Shown here piece after piece: positions 1 through 10,379 of a DNA stretch of 64,000 bases. The notes under the pieces are model-generated. The model did no database searches, was not told the origin of the DNA, and saw nothing but the letters and a program-made list of their open reading frames with translations. The position numbers and the translations under genes were made by a program. Each line of letters opens with the position of its first letter. The first letter of the stretch is position 1. Source of the DNA: a virus; the IMG/VR virus record IMGVR_UViG_3300037137_001027, positions 1 to 64,000 of that record. One strand, 5' to 3'.

Positions 1-315
1 ATACTGCTAGCTTTACTTAAAGAAAAAGAAAGCGTTGCAATTCAAATCCTAACTAACTTTGGGCTTAATATTGAACAAATAAGGAAAGAAACTTTAAGTT
101 TGTTAGGATATTATGACAAAGATTACCAATTCGATCCTACCACCGATGAAAAAATTAAATCAGTAGTTATTGTAGAAAATGAAATGAAAGATATAATTGG
201 TCGTTATGATACAAGTAATGACGAATTGTTCTTCAACCGCCCTCTTTCTGTTGAAGAAATACAGAGAATTATCAGCGTCCTTAGAAGGATACAAAATGAC
301 CAAAAAGATCGGTGA
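1..315 (+). CDS. Clp N-terminal (repeat) domain protein, 5'-truncated by the window, with no AAA+ domain following
   Basis: Frame 1 from base 1 reads ILLALLKEKESVAIQILTNFGLNIEQIRKETLSLLG, matching the end of a ClpA/ClpC N-domain repeat. It is in frame with ORF 100..315 and stops about 70 aa later. Confidence 0.7.
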   Translation: MLLALLKEKESVAIQILTNFGLNIEQIRKETLSLLGYYDKDYQFDPTTDEKIKSVVIVENEMKDIIGRYDTSNDELFFNRPLSVEEIQRIISVLRRIQNDQKDR

Positions 316-324
316 CGCACCTGC

Positions 325-657
325 TTAACCACCCGTAAATCTCGTTGGACCACCACGAACAGTCAACCATTTGTTTAGGTCACTAGCATAGAACGACATA
401 AACCCGCCAGGAGTAAATGTCATTGGACCAGGCAATACTCCAAGTCGGTCCCACGGACAAGGACTGCCAGGTATAAACCAGGAAGGGTATACAAAATTAG
501 AAAGCTTATTAGATTGATAGCTAATTTCACTAACAGGATCACACACTTCTACTATAAAAACTCCTGGCTCGCCCATAAATGTTACTGTTGGTCCGTATCT
601 CCCGTTGGCAGTTGGCTGTGGGTCGGCAAGTATTTCTAATACTTCATGGTCTAACAA
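325..657 (-). CDS. Hypothetical protein with HExxE motif (HEVLEILADP...EVCDPV...SNFVYPSWF); possibly N-terminally truncated
   Basis: ORF track; TTG start overlapping the upstream stop; motif begins at residue 4. Confidence 0.5.
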   Translation of the reverse strand: MLDHEVLEILADPQPTANGRYGPTVTFMGEPGVFIVEVCDPVSEISYQSNKLSNFVYPSWFIPGSPCPWDRLGVLPGPMTFTPGGFMSFYASDLNKWLTVRGGPTRFTGG

Positions 658-2071
658 GAATATTGTTTTCTAAAAATTCAGGATTAAACGGAGCCGCTGG
701 TTGCGCCAGCTTCCCGTTACAATGACAATATTGTAGTCCACGCTCAAGTAATGTTTGACTTCTACTAATTACCTGCCCTGTTCCAGTGAAAGACTGTTGA
801 ACTCTTACTTTATATCTACCAATACATACAACACACCCTGTTGTTGGCGTAATAGGCGTAATTGCTGCCAATCCTGCCGCCCGCAATGTCATTCTTAAGT
901 ATTTCTTGGCCGTAAATGGCTCTGGTGGAGGCGTTGGCTGACTTAATCCTGCCGCCCGTAGGGTCGCCCTTCTATATTTAGGTGCCGCAAACTTTTTTGG
1001 TCCAGGTGGAGCTTCCATTACCTCAAAATAAACCTGAGTAACTCTAATCTTTGGTGTTGATGGCGCAGGATCAACATTAAATACTTCTGCATACTGCTGA
1101 GTTATTCTTAAATCAGAAGGGTCTGCATACTTTATCCTTCTTATACTGATGCCCTTGGTGGTTGTATATTTGTTTATTGGCGTACAATGCATTATGGAAT
1201 AATTGGTTTGACCCGTATTGTGGAACTGGTGAATATCACCGCGTAAACCATAAGTGCTTGGATAAGTGATTTTCATTAAGCCATCTGCACCACCGCCGCC
1301 GCCGCCAACACCAAATGTACTACCACCACCACCTGCGCCAGCACCTGGATAACCGCCTGGATTACCAGCAGTATTTGGAGCGCCACCAGCACCACCTAAA
1401 CCACCACCTGGCGCAGAACCACCAGCGGCCCCACCAACTGGTGGCACCGAACCTGTCGTTCCATTAAACCCATCAATACCATCAAGTGTTACATTGCCAA
1501 CACTGCTTGCAGCTAATCCACCAGTGCCAGCCGTACTACCAGTAGCACCAACACCGAAATCTGCTAGAACTTGACCGCTGTTAAAATCAGTTGCTGTGCC
1601 ATCAACGCCATCGCCAGTACCACCAGTGCCAATTTGAATTGGATATATAGTAGCAGGTATTACATTTAGAAAAGATGCTGCATAAGCACCCGCTCCACCA
1701 CCGCCGCCACCATTTTCGCCTGCACCGCCGTCTCCACCACCACCGCCACCAGAAACACATTCAACATATATTTCTGTAACTTTAACAGGGATTATCCAGC
1801 TTGTAGTTTCAGTGAAAGTAGCTTGAACCACTCTTCCACAGAATGGAGGAATTGGGGGTACTTCTGGAATAAATGCAGTTGCTAATGCAGCAGCATAATA
1901 AGTGTATTTTGTATACAATGGTGCCGTAAATGGTACAAGAGGAATTGGCGATTCAAGAGGCAACTTCCTTCTCATACCGATGCCTTTGGTCGTAGTCCAT
2001 CTATTAAGCGGCTGACAATGCAGTATGCTTAAATTGGTTTGACCAGTAGTATGAGTCTGATGAGCAAACAT
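644..2071 (-). CDS. Glycine-rich virion/tail-fibre-like protein
   Basis: Poly-Gly modules (GGGGGGxGG...GAxG); two copies of the HQ..T.QTN..C.PLN..TTTKGI..RR linker. Confidence 0.65.
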   Translation of the reverse strand: MFAHQTHTTGQTNLSILHCQPLNRWTTTKGIGMRRKLPLESPIPLVPFTAPLYTKYTYYAAALATAFIPEVPPIPPFCGRVVQATFTETTSWIIPVKVTEIYVECVSGGGGGGDGGAGENGGGGGGAGAYAASFLNVIPATIYPIQIGTGGTGDGVDGTATDFNSGQVLADFGVGATGSTAGTGGLAASSVGNVTLDGIDGFNGTTGSVPPVGGAAGGSAPGGGLGGAGGAPNTAGNPGGYPGAGAGGGGSTFGVGGGGGGADGLMKITYPSTYGLRGDIHQFHNTGQTNYSIMHCTPINKYTTTKGISIRRIKYADPSDLRITQQYAEVFNVDPAPSTPKIRVTQVYFEVMEAPPGPKKFAAPKYRRATLRAAGLSQPTPPPEPFTAKKYLRMTLRAAGLAAITPITPTTGCVVCIGRYKVRVQQSFTGTGQVISRSQTLLERGLQYCHCNGKLAQPAAPFNPEFLENNILVRP

Positions 2072-2084
2072 ATTATAAACCTAT

Positions 2085-4685
2085 TTACGAACAAGGAATC
2101 TTTAATCCGAAAAGATTACCCCAGCTAATGCTTACAAAAGCCCCACCGCCAGCGCCAGGAGTGCCACCTGGACCTACGCTTCCACCGCCTCCACCACCGC
2201 CTCCACCGCCATAATTACTGCCAGGATCACCGCTTCCCCCAGCACCAGAGTTGGAAGCAGCACCAGTACCGCCGCCGCCGCCTACACCATTATAAGAGTT
2301 ACCCCCTTGACCACCAGAGCCGCCATCGCCAAATCCAGCATCAAAACAACCACCTGGGTTTCCTAAATTACCATACCAACCTGGATAACCATAGAAAACA
2401 AAATCACCTGTTGCTGTACCGCCTATTTGACCACTACTTGCCTGAAGAATAGGACCAGTGCCAAATTCAGTTACAACTCCAATATAAATGTTTACAGGAT
2501 AAACTTGACCTGGAATTACATTTATAATAGACGCTGCATAGCCACCACCTCCACCGCCATCGCCACCAGTTCCACCAGGACATGGAAAACTGTCACCCGC
2601 AATGCCACCATCAAAACCATTTCCACCATCTGCTTGACATTCAACTAATATCTGACAAACGCCTTCAGGCACGGTCCAAGTTGTGTTTAAATCTCCACCA
2701 CCAGTTGGAACATCAAAGCTTACTGTTGGCATATTTCTAGTTCTGACACAAGGTAATGATAATCCAGGCGGAAGTGGAGGAAGTAATAAAGCAGCACCAA
2801 GAATATACTTCCTTCTCATGCCAATACCTTTAGTGGCTGTAAATTGATTTAATGGAAGATCGTGTGGTATTGTATTAGTTGTTGGACCTGTATTAATGAA
2901 TTGATGGAAATTAAGCGCATACCCATAACCTGGGCCGATCTTAACTATACGGGGCTTTGTATTAATGTTGACAGGAAGTATAAAGCTTATTGTTTCAGGA
3001 TTGTAACCATTTTTGAGGTACAATGTAGGAGTCATCCCAGCTTTCCAAGCTAACCCATAAGGGGTATTGGTAGGCAAGGACATCACCCCCGTCAAAACGC
3101 CGCTAGTGGTGTTAATTGTATTTAGTTCGAAGTCAGGACTTGCTACAGCCCCGTATAATGTATTATTGGTTGGATGAAAAGATATATCAGGAACCTGTTT
3201 ACTGAAACCTGATCCAACAGGAGTTGCGGCACCAGTAATTTTACTAATAGTTACTAAACCTTCCGTGGCACTGCCGCTTACATACCCAAACAAAACAGAG
3301 TCAGAAGGTCTAATAGCAAGAGCAGTAACATGACTATATCCAGTCGCACCAATAGTTGATATTACTGCACCGTTAGCAGGATTAAGTTCATAAAGGGTAG
3401 ATGGATTATTGCCTGCACCACTCACTGCATAAAGGGTTGCCCCGTCAAAGGCCAATGCCGAAATATTGGCGATACCTATATTGCCTAGTTCAGTTGTAGC
3501 ACCCGTAGAAACATCAACAGTAAGTAAATAAGTAGTGCCTGGTGTCGTAGTACGATCAATAGTATAACATATACCGCTACCATCAAAAGCTAATGAATTG
3601 TCAGTAGTTCTAGTAATTGTAACTGAAGCTGCTACCGCGTTTTGTCCTACAAACAAAAACCCACTGGTACTATCCCAGGACATTGCATTAGCTGATTGAT
3701 ATATTCCACCACCAGTATCTAACTTGATTACAAGATTTGATGTAAAGGTAGAATAAATTAATTCATATATTTCTGTACCAGTTACGCTTGTCAAGCCATA
3801 ATACAAGCGGTCGCCAGCATCAATAGCACTTAAAACTGTACCGCCAGGGCTAAAAGAATTAGATGTAGTTAATGTAGATTTAGAAACTTGACGGAGGACA
3901 TTATCTGTCCCCGTCATTAAGTATAAGTTTCCATCCCCGCCATTTTCAATCCAATATGTATATCCAATAGCGGCATTGCTGGTAACAATGCTGTTTAGAT
4001 TGCTATTTGCTACTTTGAATAGAGCATCAAGGGCTGGGACAGCGAAAGTAGGATTTGCGGTTACATAGAAATGGCTTCCGTCATTAGTCATCCATTGACC
4101 AGCCGCCAACAAACCAACCGCTTCACTGTTTCTTGTTCCGCCACCAGAAGTCGTTGCTGAAGTAAAACTAAAGCTGGATTCTGTAAGGGTAGAAAGCCAG
4201 CTATTTTTACCTCCATCAAATCTCAAGCCATAGACTTTGCCGCCAAGAATTCTAGAATCATACCAATCACCAGATATATCATCGCCGTCGTCACCAGGCG
4301 AATAAACAAATGGAGTGCCTGGTTCTGTAAATGTAGAAATAGTTAATCTTCTAATTCCGTTTTGGTTAAAAAATGATGTTGGATTAGCCCAAATACATGT
4401 TATGTAAATGGTATCATTGGTAGGGTCGGCGTTATAAGTAGTTAAGTAGTAATAATCGCCGTTATCAAACGTCGGGCCTGGTCCCGTAAAATGTTTATAC
4501 GCAGTAATGCTCATGGATGATTGGTTGATCCTCAATAATCTAAATCCACCATATCCATTACCACCAACTGTATTAATAGACGCAAAAACATTGGTTCCAT
4601 CTACAGATAGCCGTGGCCAACCACTGTACGGATTAATCCCATTGGCTGCGTCAGTTAAAATTACAGAACCGAGTACGCTCCACAT
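2085..4685 (-). CDS. Large virion/receptor-binding-like protein: beta-propeller-like repeats plus C-terminal Gly-rich domain
   Basis: Repeats such as LAFDGATLYAV...LYELNPANGA and LAIRPSDSVLFG...ISKITGAATPVG; Gly-rich C-terminus. Confidence 0.6.
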   Translation of the reverse strand: MWSVLGSVILTDAANGINPYSGWPRLSVDGTNVFASINTVGGNGYGGFRLLRINQSSMSITAYKHFTGPGPTFDNGDYYYLTTYNADPTNDTIYITCIWANPTSFFNQNGIRRLTISTFTEPGTPFVYSPGDDGDDISGDWYDSRILGGKVYGLRFDGGKNSWLSTLTESSFSFTSATTSGGGTRNSEAVGLLAAGQWMTNDGSHFYVTANPTFAVPALDALFKVANSNLNSIVTSNAAIGYTYWIENGGDGNLYLMTGTDNVLRQVSKSTLTTSNSFSPGGTVLSAIDAGDRLYYGLTSVTGTEIYELIYSTFTSNLVIKLDTGGGIYQSANAMSWDSTSGFLFVGQNAVAASVTITRTTDNSLAFDGSGICYTIDRTTTPGTTYLLTVDVSTGATTELGNIGIANISALAFDGATLYAVSGAGNNPSTLYELNPANGAVISTIGATGYSHVTALAIRPSDSVLFGYVSGSATEGLVTISKITGAATPVGSGFSKQVPDISFHPTNNTLYGAVASPDFELNTINTTSGVLTGVMSLPTNTPYGLAWKAGMTPTLYLKNGYNPETISFILPVNINTKPRIVKIGPGYGYALNFHQFINTGPTTNTIPHDLPLNQFTATKGIGMRRKYILGAALLLPPLPPGLSLPCVRTRNMPTVSFDVPTGGGDLNTTWTVPEGVCQILVECQADGGNGFDGGIAGDSFPCPGGTGGDGGGGGGYAASIINVIPGQVYPVNIYIGVVTEFGTGPILQASSGQIGGTATGDFVFYGYPGWYGNLGNPGGCFDAGFGDGGSGGQGGNSYNGVGGGGGTGAASNSGAGGSGDPGSNYGGGGGGGGGGSVGPGGTPGAGGGAFVSISWGNLFGLKIPCS

Positions 4686-4709
4686 TAAATTTCCTTATAC
4701 AGCATTAAG

Positions 4710-5138
4710 TTATACAGTTGAAAGCTTCTTGCCCTCGAAGATAACGCTGAAGTTAGCGCCAGATGCATCCAAAGCATCACCTGTGCTATTAACAACCATT
4801 AGCTTCCATCTTGAAGGTAATACTTCAATGCTCATGCTTACAACCTGAGTTGTAGCTGATACTGTAGCTGGGAAATTGTCGATCAAGGTGGCTGTTGCAG
4901 CAACACCATCATCATACAAAGTGCCAGTACCATCAAGACTTCGCACCATGTAAACATCCAAGGTGCCGCTGCCTGAAACCGCTGCTCCTGTCTTGAACTT
5001 AATCTGAACATCAGCACCAATGTACAAAGTGGTGGAGTTGTCGATTGCGCTGGATAAAACGGTTGCTGCGTTTGCCAAGCTAGCTAGAGTAATCGTGATT
5101 GATTGATTACTCGTTAAATTCTGCTGAATTGTTGCCAT
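4710..5138 (-). CDS. Hypothetical beta-rich virion structural protein
   Basis: 142 aa, AGGAG RBS, host-like codon usage suggesting high expression, within the structural cluster. Confidence 0.6.
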   Translation of the reverse strand: MATIQQNLTSNQSITITLASLANAATVLSSAIDNSTTLYIGADVQIKFKTGAAVSGSGTLDVYMVRSLDGTGTLYDDGVAATATLIDNFPATVSATTQVVSMSIEVLPSRWKLMVVNSTGDALDASGANFSVIFEGKKLSTV

Positions 5139-5194
5139 ATATCTCCTTATTAATACTGTTGGCTTAACCTATATATCTACTTCTTATTCTATTT

Positions 5195-7876
5195 TTAATC
5201 AAATTGACAATTACATGATCGTTTATTTATATAAATAGGTATAGGAATAATAGGTGGAGCGGGCAACATAGCCGCTGCCAAAATATACTTCCTTCTTAAA
5301 CCTATACCCTTAGTAGTTGTATATTGGTTTAATGGTGTGCAATGTAATAAACTAAAGTTAGTTTGAGTAGTTGTATGAGTCTGGTGAGTATCTCCCTCAA
5401 ATCCGAAGAAACTTCTCCAGCTAATACGAATAAAAGCTGCACCACCAAGACCCCCAAAGCCAGGAGTTTCCATACTGCCACTACCGCCGCCGCCACCACC
5501 ACCACCAGCACCCCAATTGCTACCATTTGTACCATTGGTAGCTGGTGGACCTGGAAATGTTATTGAGCCAGCACCGCCACTGCCGCCAGCACTAGCATAA
5601 CCACTATCACCACCCGCACCACCATTACCACCATTGCCAATTGGCGTAGGGATACCTGGCTGGCCTGACCAACCAGGAGTGCCTGGAATTGCAAGATCGC
5701 CACTAGCACCACCACCAAGTCCACCACTACTTGCCTGGACAAGTGGAGAAGGACCAAATTCTGTTGTAACCCCAATATTACTGGTTAAGGTATAAGTAAC
5801 ACCAGGAATAACATTTATAATAGAAGATGCATACCCGCCACCAGTACCACCAGTACCACCCTGACCACCATTGCCATCACTGCCCAAATCACCATTATTG
5901 CCGTTTGCCCCGTCTGCTTGACATTCAACCAATATTTGGTAAACGCCAAATGGAACAGTCCAAGTGGTTTCTCCCTCTACAAAATCTTCAAATGATGAGT
6001 AAAGTCTAGTGCAAAGCAAAGTAAGATGAGGTGGGAATGGAGGAGGCAGCATCGCCGCCCCCAAGATTGCTTTCCTTCTCATACCAATGCCTTTAGTGGT
6101 TGTATATTGGTTTAATGGCGTGCAATTAGATACGGTAAAATTAGTTTGAGTGGTTGTGTGAGTCTGGTGAGCAAATCCATTTAATCCAAAAGGATTACCC
6201 CAACTAATCTCAATAAAACCAGCACCACCAACGCCGCCAACACCACCGCCAGAACCACCACCGCCACCACCACCGCCTGACCCTAATGTACCAGGCAAAC
6301 CAGGATTACCTGGAGTACAGGAACCAGCACCACCAGTAATTGTGGCAGATGCGCCACCAGCACCATATAATATGATATTACCGCAAGTGTTACCCCCATC
6401 TGGTATTAAATAAAATATAGGAGCTTCAAATTCTATAGTTATCATACCCCAGCCGCCGCAACAACTACCACCACCCCATGAAGTAGCATCTTTTGGGCAA
6501 GTACCATAATCTCCATCTCCAACAAATTCACTACCATTCCAGGTTAAAGTCTTTGTAAATGGACCGCCACAACCAGCTAAGTCGCCCGCATCATTAAAGA
6601 CAACTGTTACTGTCGCGCCGAAACTACAGCCTGGAAAGCCTATTCCACCAGCACCACCAAATGCTCCACTTCCAGCAAAACCACCAGCAGCGCCGTTATA
6701 AGGTGGTGGAACAAACGAATTACCGCCATTTGCCGTATATTGACCTAATGCACCACTACCTGGACCAAAATTAACACCTGCATAACCAATAACAGTACCG
6801 CCTGGACCGCTAAACAAAGTATCTGTGCCTGTTCCACCACTACCAACTGTAATATTATAAGTTTGTCCTGGCAGAACTGGTAAAAGGGAAACAGCATAAC
6901 CACCGCCACCGCCACCAATAGTACCACCAGCACAACTACCAGCATCACCACCATTACCACCTTCACCTTGAGCTTTTACCAAGACATTATAAACTCCAGG
7001 TGGGACAGTCCATGTAGTTGTGGTGGTGGAAACATGACTAACTGTTTGGGTATTTATACACTCAGGTAAGCTAGGTGGTAAAGGTAATAACCCAACACTA
7101 CCAAGGAACCACTTCCTTCTTAAACCAATACCTCTGGTTACTGTATATTGGTTTAATGGAACATCATGTGGTATAGGACCATAAGGGGAGGAAATCGGAC
7201 CAGGATTAGGTCCGTGAGGAGAAGGTCCGCCATGTCGTTGATGTGGTGGATTAGTAGTAAATCCATAAACTGTATAATATGATATTTTAACCGCGCCATC
7301 TGCGCCAGTGCCGCCGAAACCATTGCCGCTTAACCCACCACCACCACCACCACCACCACCACCATAAGGATTACCAACGCTACCATTGCCAAAAATAGGT
7401 GCGCCGCCAGCACCACCTGTGCCACCTAATCCGCCTGCTGCTCCACCTACAGAGCCAGCGACAGAAACGCTTTGAACACCATCAATGCCATCAAAACCGT
7501 TAATTGTAATATCACCAACACTATTACTGGCAAGACCGCCAGCCCCACCTGTGCCACCTATATCGCCAGCACCTATGCCACCATAAACCCCAAAATCTGC
7601 TAAAATTAAACCAGAATCAAAGCTAGTTGATCCCGCATCGTTAAATGGTAGTCCACCAGCACCAATCTCTATAGTGTGTGTATTGCCAGGATATGTAACT
7701 ATTGTTGATGCAGCATAAGCACCACCACCGCCACCTGCACCACCACCACCACTGTCATCATCAGTAGAATCATTGCCATCACCACCACCACCACCACCAC
7801 CAACGCATTCTACAAAAAGTGAGAAAACGCCTGGAGGAACTGTAAATATCCCATTTGTTGTAAACAATACTTGCAT
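5195..7876 (-). CDS. Glycine-rich virion/tail-fibre-like protein with three Gly-rich modules
   Basis: Three (F/W)TVPxGV...GGGGG...ISW/Y modules, each followed by the conserved linker. Confidence 0.65.
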   Translation of the reverse strand: MQVLFTTNGIFTVPPGVFSLFVECVGGGGGGGDGNDSTDDDSGGGGAGGGGGAYAASTIVTYPGNTHTIEIGAGGLPFNDAGSTSFDSGLILADFGVYGGIGAGDIGGTGGAGGLASNSVGDITINGFDGIDGVQSVSVAGSVGGAAGGLGGTGGAGGAPIFGNGSVGNPYGGGGGGGGGGLSGNGFGGTGADGAVKISYYTVYGFTTNPPHQRHGGPSPHGPNPGPISSPYGPIPHDVPLNQYTVTRGIGLRRKWFLGSVGLLPLPPSLPECINTQTVSHVSTTTTTWTVPPGVYNVLVKAQGEGGNGGDAGSCAGGTIGGGGGGYAVSLLPVLPGQTYNITVGSGGTGTDTLFSGPGGTVIGYAGVNFGPGSGALGQYTANGGNSFVPPPYNGAAGGFAGSGAFGGAGGIGFPGCSFGATVTVVFNDAGDLAGCGGPFTKTLTWNGSEFVGDGDYGTCPKDATSWGGGSCCGGWGMITIEFEAPIFYLIPDGGNTCGNIILYGAGGASATITGGAGSCTPGNPGLPGTLGSGGGGGGGGSGGGVGGVGGAGFIEISWGNPFGLNGFAHQTHTTTQTNFTVSNCTPLNQYTTTKGIGMRRKAILGAAMLPPPFPPHLTLLCTRLYSSFEDFVEGETTWTVPFGVYQILVECQADGANGNNGDLGSDGNGGQGGTGGTGGGYASSIINVIPGVTYTLTSNIGVTTEFGPSPLVQASSGGLGGGASGDLAIPGTPGWSGQPGIPTPIGNGGNGGAGGDSGYASAGGSGGAGSITFPGPPATNGTNGSNWGAGGGGGGGGSGSMETPGFGGLGGAAFIRISWRSFFGFEGDTHQTHTTTQTNFSLLHCTPLNQYTTTKGIGLRRKYILAAAMLPAPPIIPIPIYINKRSCNCQFD

Positions 7877-7915
7877 AATTTACCTATATGTGGATTGATA
7901 GACTTAATGCTGAAA

Positions 7916-8905
7916 TTATATATCTACCTCTGCACCTATTTGTAGGCTATTAACTAAAGTCTCATCCCAAGGATTATTAGTCACAGGTTCCCGCTCGAAA
8001 ATATATTGATACTCTAAATAGCTACTGGTCACAGGGGTAGTTGTGCCAGACCCTAAATTTATGCCACTTTTAGCCAAAGGTATAAATCCTATAGAACCAG
8101 TATTATCTTTTCTGGCTACTGTATTAACCGCAATGCCTGGAATAACAATCGTTTGTCCAACAGGCATATCAGCTATTGTGTATAAATCCTGGTCAGTATC
8201 AACACCACTATAAACATAACTTGTATCACCATCAAAAGGTTGCTCAATAACTGCCTGCCAATTAGTAGCGGCTCCAAACAAACTAAAATCTGTTACGGCA
8301 CCTGGGCCATCAGGGAATAAAGTTAATATCTCGCCATCTTCTATAAAGCTTGTATTATATGTTCCTGTGTTATCACAAATATATAAATCATCATAACCTA
8401 TGGTATTGACTCCATCGCCATTTAGTACAAAACCACTTCCTGAACCCGAACCTAGTAATACAAAACCTGCTGGAGAAGAAAATATCTGTTCTCCGTTCAT
8501 ACGAACTAAAATATTTCCTGCTGCACTCGATGAAAAATTCAATATTGAGACTTCAAAATATATCCAGGTATTTAATGGAATAGGGGAACTTGAATAGGCG
8601 ACGGTACTAGAGGTTATAAATAATAAGGAATTGGTAGGATTGGTTCCTATATCCATTATGTAACTATCGGTATTATCACGCCATTGCATGAAGGCTCCAC
8701 CAGCTTCAGGCAATATTAATGAAAATCCAGCAGTCAAACCCGTTGATGCTCCTACTAATTTCTTAAGTGTGGTTGTACCAAGAAATGCCGCATTGCCACT
8801 AAACCTTCCACTTCCAAGTGTAACCACATTGGCGTTATCCCACTTATATGAAGATTGGAAACTTACAGCACCATATGAGTCGAATCCTTCTAAAAATTTC
8901 ATCAT
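7916..8905 (-). CDS. Virion protein with lectin/ConA-like beta-sandwich; paralog of 8902-9918
   Basis: Shares EGFDSY, DDLYICDxTGxYN and RKD motifs with its neighbour. Confidence 0.55.
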   Translation of the reverse strand: MMKFLEGFDSYGAVSFQSSYKWDNANVVTLGSGRFSGNAAFLGTTTLKKLVGASTGLTAGFSLILPEAGGAFMQWRDNTDSYIMDIGTNPTNSLLFITSSTVAYSSSPIPLNTWIYFEVSILNFSSSAAGNILVRMNGEQIFSSPAGFVLLGSGSGSGFVLNGDGVNTIGYDDLYICDNTGTYNTSFIEDGEILTLFPDGPGAVTDFSLFGAATNWQAVIEQPFDGDTSYVYSGVDTDQDLYTIADMPVGQTIVIPGIAVNTVARKDNTGSIGFIPLAKSGINLGSGTTTPVTSSYLEYQYIFEREPVTNNPWDETLVNSLQIGAEVDI

Positions 8906-9918
8906 GTTATTTTTACTCCAGCTTGCAAATTGTTTACATCAGTTTCGTTCCAAGGCATTGTGGTTATTGGGTTTACATCTAAAAGCCTTTGAAAAGTTTG
9001 ATAGCCAGATGGAACATAATGGTTATTACCATCGCTATCAGTTGCGGCGACTCTTACAGGGAGTTTGACATGGCCATAGCCAGATTTATCTTTTCTGACT
9101 ATTGCATTAATTACGACTGCTGCTACGGAGTCACCTGGGGTTAAAACTAAACCACCGCCTTTATACAAATCTTTATCTCCAAGTACATTTGATTCTACAT
9201 AAGTGGCATCTGGTGTAAGTACAGGATTATTTACTGCTTGATAATTAGTTCCAGCACCGACAGGGGTAAATTGGGTTATAAATCCATTGGCTGTTGGGAA
9301 GAAGGTATTTATCTTAACCGCACCAAGAAAATTGTTATTATAAGAGCCAGTGGTATCGCAGATATAAACGTCGTCATATTGTTGATTACCACGGGCATAA
9401 AATACACAACTGCATACTTTATTGTTAGCTCCGCTATTAAAATTTCTGGTTCCAGGGCTGGTATAGAATGTAGAAACAAGCGGCCCAACAGTACCCCTTG
9501 CTAATAAACTGCCAGCAGGAGCCGCATTGATAGCATTAAGTAATTTTACTTCTAAGTAGCTCCATTGATTAAGTGGCAAAGTAAAAGTTGTAATATCAGT
9601 ATTAGCGTTTAGGTAATCTGAAATATAAACAGTGTTATAGCCCATCATACCTATAGTGGCTACTGCTTCGTCTGCTTGGTTATTAAAAGTAGCTACCACG
9701 TAATTAAGGTCGCCAGTGTTGGTTGGTTTGATTGCAAAACCTAGAATTAGGCTTGTGGAATTTGTTATAGTTTTAGGGACAACATCGGCATAGGCGGGTT
9801 GCATACCATAGCCAGTTCTGCCTGTAATACGGGGTGCGGTTGTTTGACGATTCCATTTATACCAGAGGGGAATTGGGTTAGGATATGAGTCAAAACCTTC
9901 TGTAAATAATAAAGCCAT
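8902..9918 (-). CDS. Virion protein with lectin/ConA-like beta-sandwich; paralog of 7916-8905
   Basis: MALLFTEGFDSY start, DDVYICDTTGSYNNNFLG; 4-nt overlap with the next gene. Confidence 0.55.
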   Translation of the reverse strand: MALLFTEGFDSYPNPIPLWYKWNRQTTAPRITGRTGYGMQPAYADVVPKTITNSTSLILGFAIKPTNTGDLNYVVATFNNQADEAVATIGMMGYNTVYISDYLNANTDITTFTLPLNQWSYLEVKLLNAINAAPAGSLLARGTVGPLVSTFYTSPGTRNFNSGANNKVCSCVFYARGNQQYDDVYICDTTGSYNNNFLGAVKINTFFPTANGFITQFTPVGAGTNYQAVNNPVLTPDATYVESNVLGDKDLYKGGGLVLTPGDSVAAVVINAIVRKDKSGYGHVKLPVRVAATDSDGNNHYVPSGYQTFQRLLDVNPITTMPWNETDVNNLQAGVKIT

Positions 9919-9944
9919 ACCTTATGTATGGTGAAAAATTCCTT

Positions 9945-9972
9945 TTTACAATTAGAGAATTTGTAGTATAAT
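9945..9972 (+). promoter_or_regulatory. Sigma70-like promoter, class B (TTTACA-N16-TATAAT)
   Basis: Same 16-bp spacer and (T/C)GTnG before the -10 also at 11883-11910, 16859-16886, 27934-27961, 36657-36684 and 53405-53432. Confidence 0.6.
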
Positions 9973-9989
9973 GGTGTAGGAGGACGACC

Positions 9990-10379
9990 ATGAAAATTAA
10001 ATTATCCAGCCGAGTTAGAAAATTAATCGAGAAGAACAGTCTGAGTGGTGTGATAGACGGGGTGCTACGGACTACTACGTTGGATAAGCTCCTTATGGAG
10101 TTTTCCAATCAGTGTATTTTTCGCGCCAATGCAGAAAAAGTTAAGAAACGGAAAGCCAGTTGGTATAAGATGGCCCGCGTTTTTCATCGAGCTTGCGACG
10201 AGATGACCCTTGAAAAGACGAAAAAACACGTCTTCAAGGTTGCACGGAGAGACATTTACTTGTGTCCGAAGTGCAAGAAGAAGTTCAAGGTGGATTACGC
10301 AAAAGAAGAGAATTGCAAATTTGAGTTGGATCGCGGCTTGATTGTGGTAAAATGCCCAAATTGTAGTTTCTGTGAATAG
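9990..10379 (+). CDS. Hypothetical zinc-ribbon protein
   Basis: CPKC...CPNC; AGGAGG RBS. Confidence 0.6.
   Translation: MKIKLSSRVRKLIEKNSLSGVIDGVLRTTTLDKLLMEFSNQCIFRANAEKVKKRKASWYKMARVFHRACDEMTLEKTKKHVFKVARRDIYLCPKCKKKFKVDYAKEENCKFELDRGLIVVKCPNCSFCE

Noticed and set aside
658-675. TAG readthrough extending ORF 325-657 upstream
   Set aside because: The upstream frame is not convincingly protein-like, and TAG acts as a normal stop elsewhere
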